This document shows positions 37,365 through 50,768 of a stretch of DNA of 64,000 nucleotides, piece after piece. This stretch comes from Marsupella aquatica (Eukaryota > Plantae > Marchantiophyta): positions 2,748,430 through 2,812,429 of the forward strand of contig OZ316893.1 in assembly GCA_973895155.1 (NCBI GenBank). Reading direction: 5' to 3'. Numbering within the stretch: position 1 is the stretch's first letter; each line of letters begins with the position of its first letter. The position numbers and the translations under genes were made by a program. The notes beneath the pieces are model-generated. The model did no database searches, had not been told where the DNA came from, and saw only the letters and a program-made list of their open reading frames with translations.

Positions 37365-40300
37365 TGTTGAACTAAGACGTCATTCGCAACGACCATACAA
37401 CCATGACTTATTCCATGCACACGTAGTCGACACAATCTCTACGTGGTTCACCTCTTCTCCAAGGCTACGTCCACACGAACACTCAAGCTTTACTTCAAGA
37501 GTAGACGAACACACATCCTCTCCCTCTTCCTCAAACTGCTCTGTTACAATGAGTAAGCACCACACACCAGTGGCTTACACTAGCCCTGGTATATACAAGG
37601 TCACACACGACTAACCTAACCTCAGCTAAGATCCTAACTGTGGTTAGCCTAAGTGCCGTAACCTATGAGTCACAAGACTAAGAGCAATCCTTAACAAACT
37701 CCCCCTTGACTCTAGCCTTGGGGACTGCAATTTTTGCTATCCATATGAGATACTCAGCGGGAAATTCTAGACAATCACCTAAAACCATAGGTGTCCCCCT
37801 AAAAACCATTTAAGGTTAACTAAGGGTTAACTAGAATTAAGCCGTAGCCATAACAGGATTGAGTAACCCATATACAGAAATCACATCTTGTTAAGTTACT
37901 CTACTTGTGCTGCAAATGCAAAACTTGCAAAGTAGCACGGTGTCTTGAGTAACTCTCCAAAGGAATCACTTTGGTAAAAGCATCAGCCGGGTTGAGCTTT
38001 CCATCAATCTTGACTAGCTCAAAATTTTTATTAGACACTGCTTGCCTAATAAAATGGTACCTGATGTCAATGTGTTTCACTCTGCTATCCATAACCTGGT
38101 TAATAGCTAGGTGAAGCGCACTTTGGCTGTCACAATGAAAAGTCATTTTTCGATGCTCCAATCCCATCTCAGTGACCAGCTTATCCAACCAAATTGCTTC
38201 CTTTGCTGCTTCTGCTGCTGCAACATATTCTGCATGGTAGATCTCCAACTTATGCATCCTCTTCCAAGAGTAAACACATACCCAGTCGTTGACCTCCTTG
38301 TTTCCAGACAGCCTCCGTAGTCAGAATCTACATAGCCAACCAAAGATTTGGTTTTGTTTGATCTACTATCAAACAACAGACCATAGTCTATTGTGCCCTT
38401 AAGATACCTGAGAATCCATTTCACAGCCTCCCAATGTACCTTCCCTGGATTTGACATGAATCTACTCACTTTGCCCATTGCTAGGGCTAGATCAGGTCTG
38501 GTACATGTCATCAAATATATTAGACTGCCCACTGCCTTCTCATATGGAACCTTAGTCATCAAGCCTCTCTCCACTAGATCCGTGGGGTAGAAAGCCGATG
38601 ATAACTTGAAATGTGGAGCCAAAGGAATACTTACTGGCTTACAATTTTCCATGTTGAATCTTGCAAGTACCTTTTCAGCATACTTGCCTTGATTCAGCCA
38701 CAATTGTCCAGTTTCAAAGTTCCTCGTAATCTCCATACCTAAGATCCTCTTGGCTTTCCCAAGATCCTTCATTCAGAATTCAAAACTCAATTTTGCTTTG
38801 AGTTTGTCAACCTCAGTTTGATCCTTAGCCGCAATCAACATGTCATCCACATAGAGCACTAGAATGAGCAAACCAAACACACCATTCTTGACTGATTTCG
38901 TATACACACAAGGGTCATACACCATCCTAGTGAATCCTTGTGCAAGCATGAAATCATCAAACCGCTTGTTCCACTGTCGAGGAGCTTGCTTCAATCCATA
39001 CAAGGACTTAAGCAACCTGCAAACTAAACTCTCTTGGCCCTTCTTCACAAAGCCCAGTGGTTGCCTCATGAAAATTTGTTCTTCCAAGGTGCCATAGAGA
39101 AAAGCAGTAACAACATCCATTTGATCTAACACCAGATCAAAAAACACAACAAGTTGACACAAAATTTGTATCGTGAAATACTTGGCAACTGGAGAGAAGA
39201 CCTCATTGTAATCCACTCCCTTCTCTTGAGTGAATCCCTTGGCAACAAGCCTTGCCTTGTATATCTTGTCTCCTCCATCTGAAGAGTTGTCCTTCAGCTT
39301 GTAAATCCACTTGTTATCCACAACTTGTTGATCACTTGGCAGTTGCACCAGCTCCCATGCTTTGTTGTCACTTAAAGATTGCAACTCCCTCTGCATCGCT
39401 ACATTCCATTCATCTTTCTCGTCTGAAATGCACGCCTCATGATATGAAGATGGTTCTCCTTCTTCCAAGATCAGTGCTCTGTCATCATTATCAGGTGCAA
39501 TGTCAGCATCATCTAACCTTGATGAATCTGTCCATTGTCCATACCTTGTAGGAGCTTGAGTAGTTTGCCTTGATTTTCTAGCTGATGATTCTGGCTGATC
39601 TTGCTCTGTTGGTTGATTTTGAGGTATTCCAACAACAACCTGCTCCTCTTGTTCCATCATCGGAACCAACTCCATTATCAAAGCACCTCCTTCAACTATG
39701 TCATAAAAACCCTCATGACCAATCTCCCCCTCAACATGGTCCAAGATAGGAGATTTACCTTTTTCAATACGGGAAGTCTGAGCATTCTCCCCCTCCTTTG
39801 ATGATCTGGTTTCATTAAAGGATACATCTCTACTGACAAGCAATGTACAAGCTTCTGGATCCCATAGCTTGTAACCTTTCACACCTGATTGATACCAAGA
39901 AAAAGACACTTCTTGGAAGTAGAATCTAGTTTAGATCGATTCTGCTTAGGTGTGAGAGCATATGCATCACTTCCAAAGACTCTCAAAACCTGATAGTCTG
40001 CGTGCCGTCCATACCTCATTTCAAACGGCGTCTTGAAATTGATTGCACTTGAAGGAGAAATATTTACCAAATAAGTTGCCGTATTTATAGCTTCAGCCAA
40101 AAATTCATGCGGTAAACCTGATTGGCTCAACATACTCCTCGATCGCTCCAATAGTGTTCGGTTTAGCCGCTCACAAACACCATTCTGTTGAGGAGTATAA
40201 ACTATCGTGAGATGATGAGTAATCCCTTGCTTTGCACAATAGAGTTCAAATTCACTTGAACTGTACTCCCCGTCGTTATCTGATCGCAAATATCTCACCT

Positions 40301-43300
40301 TGGATCCAGTCTGATTCTCAATTTGGGCTTTCCACTTCTTAAAAGTGCCAAAAACTTCAGACTTTGCGTGTAGAAATGTGATCCACACATACCGTGAGTA
40401 ATCATCAATGAACGTGACATAGTACAATTTTCCAAAAAGTGAGGGAGTTGGGGCTGGACCCCACACATCACTATGTACATACTCAAGTATAGCTTTGGTA
40501 TTGTGAGTTCCAACACCAAAGGTTCTCCTGTGTTGCTTCCCAAGCACACAGTGTTCACAAAAATCTAGCTTAGTAGATTCCATATTAGAAAGAAGTCCTT
40601 TCCTGCGAAGTACCGCCAAACCCTTTTCACTCATGTGTCCCAATCTGCTGTGTCATAACTGAGTCATCTCGCCTTGAGATCTAATTACATTGGCTTCTTC
40701 ACAAATCACGTTGCCCTCCAACAAATATAGATTCCTGTGCCGCTTACCCTTCATGACAACCTTGCCTCCGGTTGACACTTGAAGAATACCATCAGCATAA
40801 CTCCACCGACATCCATTTGCTTCCAGCATTCCAAGAGAAATCAAGTTCTTTTTCATGTTAGGTATGTATGTGACATTACTCACTGTTCGCACAGCTCCAT
40901 CAAACATCCGAATTTTCACGGATCCAATTCCAACAATTTGACAAGGATGATCATTCCCCATCAACACGAAACTGGTTGATACTGAGTAAGAAGTAAAAAA
41001 CTCTTTCATACAACAAATATGATAGGTACAGGCACAATCTAAAATCCATTCATCACTGTTGTTACTGGATAAAATGCAAAAGGCAACATCTGGACTTCAC
41101 AAGATTTCATCATCAAGCAAGTCAATCATATCAACATCAGTGGCTGCGTTCGCTGATGGTTGATGAGTCTGCTTGACTCGACAGTCTCGTTTCATATGTT
41201 CAGGCTTGTTACATTTTCAGCATATAATTGGTTTCCTTTCTAGAGATTTCTCTCTAGACCTGGATCTAGACTTAGACCGAGCCTTCTCCTTGCCTCTATT
41301 CCATGAGGGGTACATTTGTGAAAAGGACCTATTTTTGCCAGTCATCCGTTGTTGAGTCCTCCCGCTATTCCGTGAGGGGTACGTTTGTGAAAAGGACCTG
41401 TTTTTGCCAGTCATCCGTTGTTGAGTCCTCCCGTAGTTCACATTCAATGCACTGCTAGATGAAGATGGTGTTTGGGCATGACCCAGTTTCTTCTGTGCAT
41501 CATCTGACAGCAAAGAGCTTACCACCTCATCATATGAAATGGTTTTGAGATCTCTATACAAGAGAACCTGCTTCAAACCTTGATACGATGGGGGTAAGGA
41601 ACTGAGAAGAAGGAATGCCTTATCTTCATCTTCCACTCCCTTGCCAAGATTTGACAAATCTACAGCTAGGCTGTCAAATTCATCAAAGTGATCTCGAAGC
41701 TTGCCTCCTTCTTTTAGCCTCAAGCTCATCAAGAGAGACTTCTTGTACAACCGATCTGAGGCATCCTCTCGGTAGTACTTCTCTTTGAGGGCCTTGAATA
41801 AGGATACGCAATCCTCGTAGTCGTCCAGCTTCTTAATGATATGCGGCTTCAGATATAGCATAACTGCATTCACAGCGATCACTTGCTCTTGCCTCCATTT
41901 CCTCAACGAGATCTCCTCCTCACTGCTAGACTCCTCCCGAGTCGATAGCAGATGATCTAGGCCCATAGCACAAAGAATTTCCTTAACCTGTTTCTCCCAT
42001 AGCAAATAATCTGTGCGCCCATCATATTTTTCCACCTCAAACTTGACACCGCCAAACTTGGATGCCATCGTTGTCCTCCCAACGTTCTCCACGTGCTATT
42101 GCTGTGCTGCTCCCTATATACTTTTATCGCTTTTTCCTTCCTTCCTTCTCGTTGACTCAAATCCAAATCATGAAAAAATGTCATTTTCGCAACTTTCCAA
42201 AAAAATTGAAACTTGTCACCACCACTTAGCCCACCAACCTAGCAAGCCAATGCTAAAATCCAAAATTAAAACCGAGTTCCGACAAAAAACTTTTTCACGT
42301 TTCGGTCGGGGTGGGTAAAACTCAAAAATTCTCCCCCGTTTTGACCACCTTGGGGAATAAGAAAAATTCCAAGTACCACCCGTCGTCAGAAATGGAAATC
42401 GAGTGGTGCACCGCGTTGCTAGCTTCAGTGGCTACGGTCTTGCCAAAAAAGATCCGAAAAAAGTTATCATTCGGACCTTGGAATCTTCGACTAAAGGCCA
42501 AAAAATAGCTCTCTGTTTTTTCGGAATATATATTCCTTGGACTGTGCAACAGGTCTCACAGGGGGCCATTCCCCCTGTCCAAGCGGTTAATTTGGTGGGT
42601 CACCGGGCCCGGGATGTCGCTTAACCAATGAAGAGCCTGGAAAGGATTAAAAAACCAGGCCTAAGGGGGTTTAAGCCCCTTAACACAAAAAATACTATCT
42701 TAAAAAAGGCGCATCCGCCTATAGGCGACGCGTGACGGGCCAGGCAGTGCACAGGGGCTGGGGAGTAAAAAACCAAGTCGAAATGGGCAGGGATGAAGCT
42801 ACGACGGCCGGGACGTCCGTGCCGGCTGGGACGTCCGTGCCGGCCGTGACGTCCGGGACGGCCGCGATGGTCGGGACGTCTGGGACGTCCATGATGGGAG
42901 TATTAGCGAGGAGGAGGGGATCGCCAACGGGGTATTGACAGGGGTGCAAGGGTCGGGAGGGTGTGTATACACATCACAAAAAAGACCCTATTCTAAGGCA
43001 AAATGTGCACAAAAAATAAATTTGTTGGGTTACTCACACTGCCGTTATCACTTTACACCAGATAAAGACTAGTTGGCGATGGGAAATATTACCGAATTGC
43101 ACCGGCACCGTTTGCAACTCTAGCAGAGTAAAAAATTCTCGTCACGACTCCTTCACTCTGCGTCAAGTATCAATCTTGGACTCAAAATGACCACTGCACC
43201 ACGATCTCTCCGTTGAGCCGTTGCACTTCCCGTTTCTTCCTCCGAGTCGAACGCAATGACAAGAAACCCCGCTTCAGTCAAAAGAAGACTCCATATATAG

Positions 43301-44087
43301 CCAGTCAGAAACTCAGAACGGCTCTTTTGCTTGGTATATCGCACTCACTACACCCTCGATAGCAAACCAGCTACCGAAATGATCAGCTTTGCCCGATCTA
43401 CGATTTGAGCTAAAGGTTGTGACGCCTCGCGCACCACAAAGCTCACACCGTCAAGAAAATGATCTCAGTTCCCCCCCAAAAGAACCGTCAAAGAAAAACG
43501 TCAAACACGAATCACAAAAAAATCCAGAACGACGGAAACATGAATTCCTCCGCACCACAAACTCCGTTTAGAGATTTCTTTGCACCGTCGAAAAGCCCTT
43601 GCCCCGATCTATTCGTTGAGCCCAACACCTCCAAGTTCCATGCGACAGAACTCCGTGAAATTCACCGACTCTAACCGCTGGAAAAACCGTCACCAACACG
43701 TCACAAAAATTTTGATCACCTCAACGTCACCTCCCAGGCTTGCTCTGATACCAATTGTTGAACTAAGATGTCATTCGCAACGACCATACAACCATGACTT
43801 ATTCCATGCACACATAGTCGACACAATCTCTACGTGGTTCACCTCTTCTCCAAGGCTACGTCCACACGAACACTCAAGCTTTACTTCAAGAGTAGACGAA
43901 CACACATCCTCTCCCTCTTCCTCAAACTGCTCTGTTACAATGAGTAAGCACCACACACCAGCAACTTACACTAGCCCTGGTATATACAAGGTCACACACG
44001 ACTAACCTAACCTCAGCTAAGATCCTAACTGTGGTTAGCCTAAGTGCCGTAACCTATGAGTCACAAGACTAAGAGCAATCCTTAACA
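37365..44087 (-). mobile_element. Ty1/copia LTR retrotransposon 2, full length, disrupted
   Basis: 332-bp LTRs 37365-37696 and 43756-44087 (5 differences by eye), TSD tgatt, PBS reverse complement gctctgatacca 43742-43753, PPT reverse complement ctccccctt after 37696. Confidence 0.97.
37901..42068 (-). pseudogene. gag-pol of copia 2
   Basis: ORF-track fragments 41217-42092, 40653-41009, 39879-40643, 38773-39909, 38143-38772, 37901-38257 with gag, PR, IN, RT (YVDD) and RH motifs. Confidence 0.95.
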
Positions 44088-45197
44088 TGATTGGCTTCAG
44101 CCCCCCCCATCATGCCTGGTTGAGCAAGTTTGCACAGAGGTTCAATTGTTGTCCAAATACACACAAAAGAGGTATCAGTCATATCTGGTGATTCAAAGCA
44201 AGTTTATGGGTAGGTTCAATTGTTGTCCAAGATGCACAAAGAGGCACTATATGAAGCACAAGTACAGGGATTGGTTTTGAAGTGATATAGCATGCTTGTT
44301 ATGGAACATGTTTCATTTTTTGATTGTAGTGATGTGTAACGAGGGGCCGAGGGGTTGACGCACCTTGTTCAGGCACATTGAAATAAAAATACACAACAGA
44401 ATATATATATGTAAGAAAATACTGAAAGGTGGATTTACCATTATTCTACTCTAATAAGTTGATGCTGCAACTAAGAACCGAAATTGAGAAGGGTGGCATC
44501 AGAGCCATTTAGGGGATTCCAAAAATTGGAGTTCAAGGTGTAGGTATCTTGATGAGTGGGGGCTGGCCAGAGGCTCCACATGAGGCAAATGTGAAGAATT
44601 ATGATCAAACTATAGAAAACATTGAATCTAAAATAGACATTGTTGCAATACTATTCCAAACATAGTCATGTTTGGATTCATTTTGAAGCCCTTGACAAGC
44701 CTCATGCAAAACCAAGGTCCTCTGGTTTAGTTCAGGTTTCCACCAAACAGTTAAATCTAGAAGAAATTTAGTGCCTGTAAAATGACAAAATTAGGTAGAC
44801 AGTAATTTACTTGGGATGACTTCAAGAAGGAAGGAGTTCCCACATTTGTGTTCTCTTTCTCTCTTAGTTTCCTCATTTGTGGGGTTTCCACACTTTTTTC
44901 TTTTCTCTCTTTCACACATTGTGGGGCTCCCACATTTCCCCTCTTCCTCTTCCTCATACCAAGGAGGAAGGGATCCCCACATTTCTTTTCCCATTTCCCC
45001 TTCTTCACACCAAGGAAGAAACTCCCTCATCTTTCCCCTTCTTCACACGCTTATTTTATGAAGAGATATGGATTTGGTTTTATGGTTAAAACTTTGTCGG
45101 GTTCCCTTCTTTTGTGATTCCGTTCCTCTAGTGTATTTTTGTTGCTAACAAATCTCACTCCCTACTGCAACTGGGTCCACTGTGTAGAAGAAGGGGG

Positions 45198-45597
45198 AGA
45201 ATAGAGGGGAGAATGGAAACAATATTCATCCAGAGAGAGAGAGAGAGAGAGATTTAATATCCATATGAGGATACAAATAAACACCCTGAGATAAGTCAGG
45301 ACTTATTGTAACCCACCCGACGTTTCATAGATACATCCAGGCATATCAAATTTCTCACGACAGTGTATACCTTATTGTGCACATCGATGATCCGTGATAA
45401 ATAGTACAGTCCTTAGCACATTGCTACCGCAGGTTCAGTATAGCCAGATCAATTGCATAACGGATATGATGAAGCATAATGATATCTTTCAATCATCAAT
45501 CCATAGACCAGTTCGAAAGTTTTTTCATGACATCACTTAGCATTCGGCAAGCATCGATCGTGCGTAGAATAGAGGGGAGAATGGAAACAATATTCAT

Positions 45598-45632
<35 letters not shown>
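45198..45632. repeat. Direct repeat of a 35-bp word plus (GA)n flanking a ~313-bp unique insert
   Basis: agaatagaggggagaatggaaacaatattcatcca(ga)n at 45198-45252 and 45566-45632. Confidence 0.85.
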
Positions 45633-45636
<4 letters not shown>

Positions 45637-45854
45637 ATCAAAAACTTTCTGGTGAGGTAATTGGTAGACTTGATCAAAATTTACATTCTGGGAGCAAAAA
45701 TAAAGATACTCATTCCTACGAGTGAAACAAATGAATCCAGATGGCATCCCTCCACATCCCCGTAATACACACAATAAATACAATCAATGATCAATTTTAG
45801 GGAAGAAAAAGACATATTTCTTGTGTAAATTGTTTGATAACTAAGCATATGACA

Positions 45855-46635
45855 CATGAATATACCCCTCAGTGTTGGGTCACTTAATAGTCTCTATGCT
45901 TGTGTCCAATGATTGCTTTTGACTTTTGCTTTATTGTTTATACTACTTAGTTTGGTCTGTTCAAATACCTGCATTACACCGAGTGACTCTACATAGCTTT
46001 TTTTGACCTTGTCAAGCCAAAATTTAGCTACATGAGTAATGTGTTTCCTTGCAACAGGAAAAACAATTCAGGTTGCCCTCAAGGTAATATACTCCCTTAG
46101 CCTTTGAGGTATAAGCTTAATAGACTCCTGACAACAGTTTCTAGGGGTTACGGTTGTGGATGTAGTCTTTGCTCAACGTAGACCTCTTTTTTCCCACTAG
46201 GCAAGTGAGCAACAAATGAGGCTAACAAATGAATTTCGGGGGTTGATCAAACAAGAGATTGATGCCTTGGGTGTAAGCATATACCTCTCAGCCTTTTGGG
46301 TTACTTTCTCTCTGATTCTTTCCAATCATTGCTTTCAGATTTTGCTATGTTCTTTATAATTTGGTGTGTTCAAATTTCTGAATTCACACTGACTTTATGA
46401 CTATATATGACACCTTGTCAAGCCAAAATTTAGCAATGTGAGTAATGTTTTCCTTGCAACAGGAAAAGCAATGCAGGTTGGTCTCACGATAATATACCCC
46501 CTCTGCCTTTTGAGTTACTTAGTGTCTCTGATTCTTTCCAATCATTGCTTTCAGTTTTGATTCGTTGTTTATAGTTTAGTCTTCTCAAATATTCGACTTC
46601 ACACTCACACAGCTTTATTTGACCTTGTCAAGCAT
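45855..46635. repeat. Degenerate tandem repeats of ~200-420 bp
   Basis: Recurrent accttgtcaagc, tttccttgcaacaggaaaa, tctctgattctttccaatcattgctttcag. Confidence 0.75.
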
Positions 46636-47147
46636 CCACTGTACATTCCGTTCCTTTGCTGGCCACACACAAGGGCCCCTTTTTGTAGAGCGCACAGACG
46701 GAAACAAACAGGGAGCCCCTACGCATATACTTTATTGCCCAGATCTGGTGGCATTTTCCATTTCATTCCGTTACATTCTACTCAATCTACTCACATTCTC
46801 TACGCCCATGGAATCTGGCTTTAGTAGATCCTTATCTTCTGTTGTTGATGAAGTCTGTTGCCCTGTATTTCACTACAAGTTGGCTGAACACAATTCCCAG
46901 GGCCACATATGGGGAGTACTTTTAGGAAGGCAAATTCATTCCCAACCTCAGATTTTAAATCAACGACATAGTAGCAGATTCCTTCAGTATACAAGATGAT
47001 GGGTATGGTCATCAGTGACCAGCATGGTGAGCTATGCTTGGTGATTCTACATTGTTAATGGCACTCACATGGTGAAGCAACATTATGATTACTCAGAAGA
47101 GAAGAACATTTTGTACCTAAAGTCCCAGAGGTATTTGCTTGATGGGA

Positions 47148-47266
47148 CCCCAATATGAAAAGTTTCACTTGATAGGACCCCTGAGTGATCCGGACCGTTG
47201 ATTGACCTTGAATCAATGCACCTAAAACTTCAGGGGTCCTATCAAGTAAAACTTTTCATTTTGGGG
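47148..47266. repeat. 37-bp inverted repeat (fold-back, MITE-like)
   Basis: 47148-47184 vs 47230-47266, 2 mismatches. Confidence 0.85.
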
Positions 47267-48115
47267 GTTTGTTTGGGGGTGGCCTCACATGTACACGTGT
47301 CAGCATGTCAGCTGCAAGAGTACATCCTCGGCTTTCACTCCCCAAAATGAAAGCTGGAAATATAGGCACAGAAGGCTTTTTCAGTTTGCCATTGAGTAGG
47401 GTGTTAGTTTGCACGTGTGGGCGACCCAGTAGGGGAGTCAGTTTTCTTTGGCTCTCTGGTCTTCCTGGTTTCCCCTTATTCTCTCCCTTTATTGGGCCTT
47501 CTGCATGTGCAATCCTGTCTCCAGATTTGACTCATTTTGTTCTTATTATACATACCTGGGAGGAAAGACAAAGAGGGGAAAAGGCCCACAGGACAACAAA
47601 GCTTGTTGTTTATTTTCTCGCCAAATAGTAAAAGTAAAGGTTGGAATCCTAATCGAGAGAGAATCTATCCTAATGTCACCCTTTCGTCACTTCTTTGGGG
47701 TTTCCTTGTTTGTTTTGGGGTTCATTACACACAACCTAGTTGTCTAGTGGATCTATTGCTTTCCAGAAGGGTTTTTGGAGAAACTACCGTGGTATGCTGC
47801 GTTTATCGTCTAATAACCACCAACATTTTTTAAATTGAAGAACTCTTTTGTCTTCAAACATGCATGATGACACACCCGATGAACTTCTATTAATGGGCTT
47901 TGGTTCATTAGTTTGTTCTGGTATTTGTTTGGCATGATAGTGACGCCTTTGGAATGAACGACATTTTGGCTTAAGTTAAAGCCCTCAAAGGTACACATGA
48001 CACAATTTCCAATTATTATATAAAACATAGCACAGCATTGCCAAAGGGCAAAGAAAATCAAAACAGGAGACATGATTTTAAAGGCAGCCCAATAAAGAGG
48101 AGAAAACCAGGGAAG

Positions 48116-48204
48116 ACTCCCTTATTCTTCCTTCCTTCCTTTTGCATTGCTAGTTTATTGAATCATTCATCAATGCAAAAGGAAGGAAGGAAGAATAAGG
48201 GAGT
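48116..48204. repeat. Perfect 34-bp inverted repeat with 21-nt loop
   Basis: actcccttattcttccttccttccttttgcattg / caatgcaaaaggaaggaaggaagaataagggagt. Confidence 0.93.
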
Positions 48205-50768
48205 TTATTCATCTAGCACTAGTTTATTCCTTCCACTGTTGAATAGATCCAGGTCACATCATTTATATGTAACAAGTTGTTTCCAGGGCATCAACCACTA
48301 AAATAAGGTATCCTGCCAAGATCTGTTGCATCGAACTTAGAAAAAAGAGCAAAACTCTGTCATAAGATGTTTACTAGGGCTTTCTGGCACACTTGGATTG
48401 CCTGAAATGCCTAAGAAGATATCCTTGCTTTTACTGCCGGGTACAATGCACATGTGCTGTGCTGGCTGTAGTACAGTTAACTCTCTCTAAGTGCACACTT
48501 GGGAATATGGACCAGTGTGCACTAAACCAGTTTCCACATTCCTTCATAGGACACTAATCCCCTAAAATTTGCACTTGAATGTCAACAAGTGGGCCCCTCT
48601 GCCAATGAGCAGTCATCCATTGTTGCACAAACTGTACATCTCTGCCCTAAATTTAGTGCCCGACTCCAAAGGTGTATTTTTTACTCTAGTAAGAAAGGGT
48701 GTCCACTTGTCAGTAAATGCAATCTGATGGGATGGTGAGCTTACTCATAAGTACAAACCCTACTTTAATAGCGTACACTATACAATTATCAAGTTTTTGC
48801 ACTTATAAGTTGTCATTTTAGCAAAATGATACCAGGCTTTTTCACACTTAGAAAAGGTGCAAAAATGGGCAAGCTTCATGTAAATAAAAGGGAAGAATAG
48901 GATGCCTTGCACTAAACCTGGTTTTGCGCTTAATTTGGAATTTGTGCTTAGAGAGAGCTGACTGCATATGCCAGTACATAAATACTTTCTAGCATGCACC
49001 AAGCGGTACATTGGCATACTAGATTTTTGGCCTTTTGTTGTGGAAGAGCAGAACTTTGATTATTTTGCGGTAAATTTTAGTTTTCCTCCCTTCTTTCTCT
49101 TCCATTTATAATATGTTTGGAAGGAAAAACAGGGTTGGGATATTTTTGGTTTGTAATTTTTTTAGGATGTGGGGAATTCATGGGGCCAAGGTGAATCCTT
49201 GCATAGCAGCCTCCCACCTTGTTTTTTTGTTTTGTTTTTGCTGTGGGTGCATTTCTCTTTATATTGCAACACAAGGGGGGCGGAGGGGGGGGGGGGGGTG
49301 ACAATTGATGTGGCCAAGTGATTTGAGCTTTCACATCCCGGGGTCCTCACTTATTGCCTTTCTACATATCACGTGGAAGTAAATATAGGGTTTGTTTATT
49401 GGGTACCGTTGAGAAGAAGACTTTTAAATTCAAGTAGAAGAACATTCGGGGTTACTTTTTAAATTCAATTTTGAGAATTGTAAGAAAAAATAGTGTTTTA
49501 AAAAACAATTTTGAGAAATAGGGGTAGAAAAATAGTTCAATTTTTTTCTTATTTTCTATGGTGTTTATGTTAGATATTGCTCTAGTCTTGTGACTCATGA
49601 GCTAACTACAGTTAGGCTAACTCGGGTTAGGACTTAGCTAATGTTAGCGGTAGTGCTATTGTGCATATAGCCAGGGTTGATGCCAGACCCTGGTGGAACT
49701 TAGGCTCATTGTTACGGAGCTAGTTGAGAGATAGGAAGAGCTTGTGCTGTGGATGCTTGGTATGGCCGGTCGGCCTAGAGTGCAGTAAAGCTCTTGTGTG
49801 TTCCCGTGGACGTAGCCTCATGTGGAGGTGAACCACGTATCTCTCTGTGTCGACTCTTGTGCGTTGGATGGTTCATGGGCTTGCCGTTGCAAATGTCGTC
49901 TATGCTCAACAAGTGGTATCAGAGCATGCCTGGGAGGTGACGAGGTTTTTTCGTGACAGGTTTTTCCAGCGTTCATTGTCGGTGGCACATTCGGAGTTTT
50001 GTCGCATGAAATTTGAATGTGTGTGGCTGAGCGGATAGGTTAGTGAGAGGGCTTTCTAACGGTGGTTAGAACTCGCTGATCGGTGTCCGTGGTGCGGAGG
50101 AATTGAAGTTTGCGTCGTTCAGATTTTATTCGTGTTCGACGGGATTTTGGGGGAGAGACCAGAGTTTGCGTTGTTCAACAGTGTGAGCTGTGCGGTGTTC
50201 AGGGGATCGCACATTATAGCTTAAGTTGAAGGTTGAAGCGAGCTGGTCGTTTCGGTAGCTGGATTGCTGTCGAGTTGTTATCGAGTGCGTCGTGACGAGT
50301 GAAGGAGGCGTTCAGGTTTTTTCACAAGCTATGGAGCTTGTTCTCATCTGAACCGGTTTTCTCTTCGTGCCGTCCGACTCGGTGGAAGAGACGCGAAGTG
50401 CCACGGCTCAATGGTTTGATCGCGGTGAGGCGGTCGTTTTGAGCCCGGGATTGGCACTTGACGCGGAGTGAAGACGTTGCGGCGGAAGTTTTTACTCTGT
50501 TGGAGCTGCAGACCGTGTCGGTGTAATTCAACAACATTTCTTGTCGGCGGAGTTCACTTTTCTCGTGAGGAACAGTGGCTGATTAGAGGATACTGGAAGA
50601 ATTGGCGTCGGTGGAGCTTCAGGATCGCGAAGGTCAGACGGAGAGTCTGAGGAGGAGCTGCTACCATTTGAGGAGGAACAAGTAACACCGGTACGATCAC
50701 CGGTGCGGCGTGCAGTGGAGGAAGTTGTACTACTACCAAAGCTGTTGGTAGTTGGGAAGAAGAGGGAG

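Noticed and set aside
46619-47110. 126-aa ORF and coding-like neighbouring sequence
   Set aside because: No recognisable family; alternative frames have several stops
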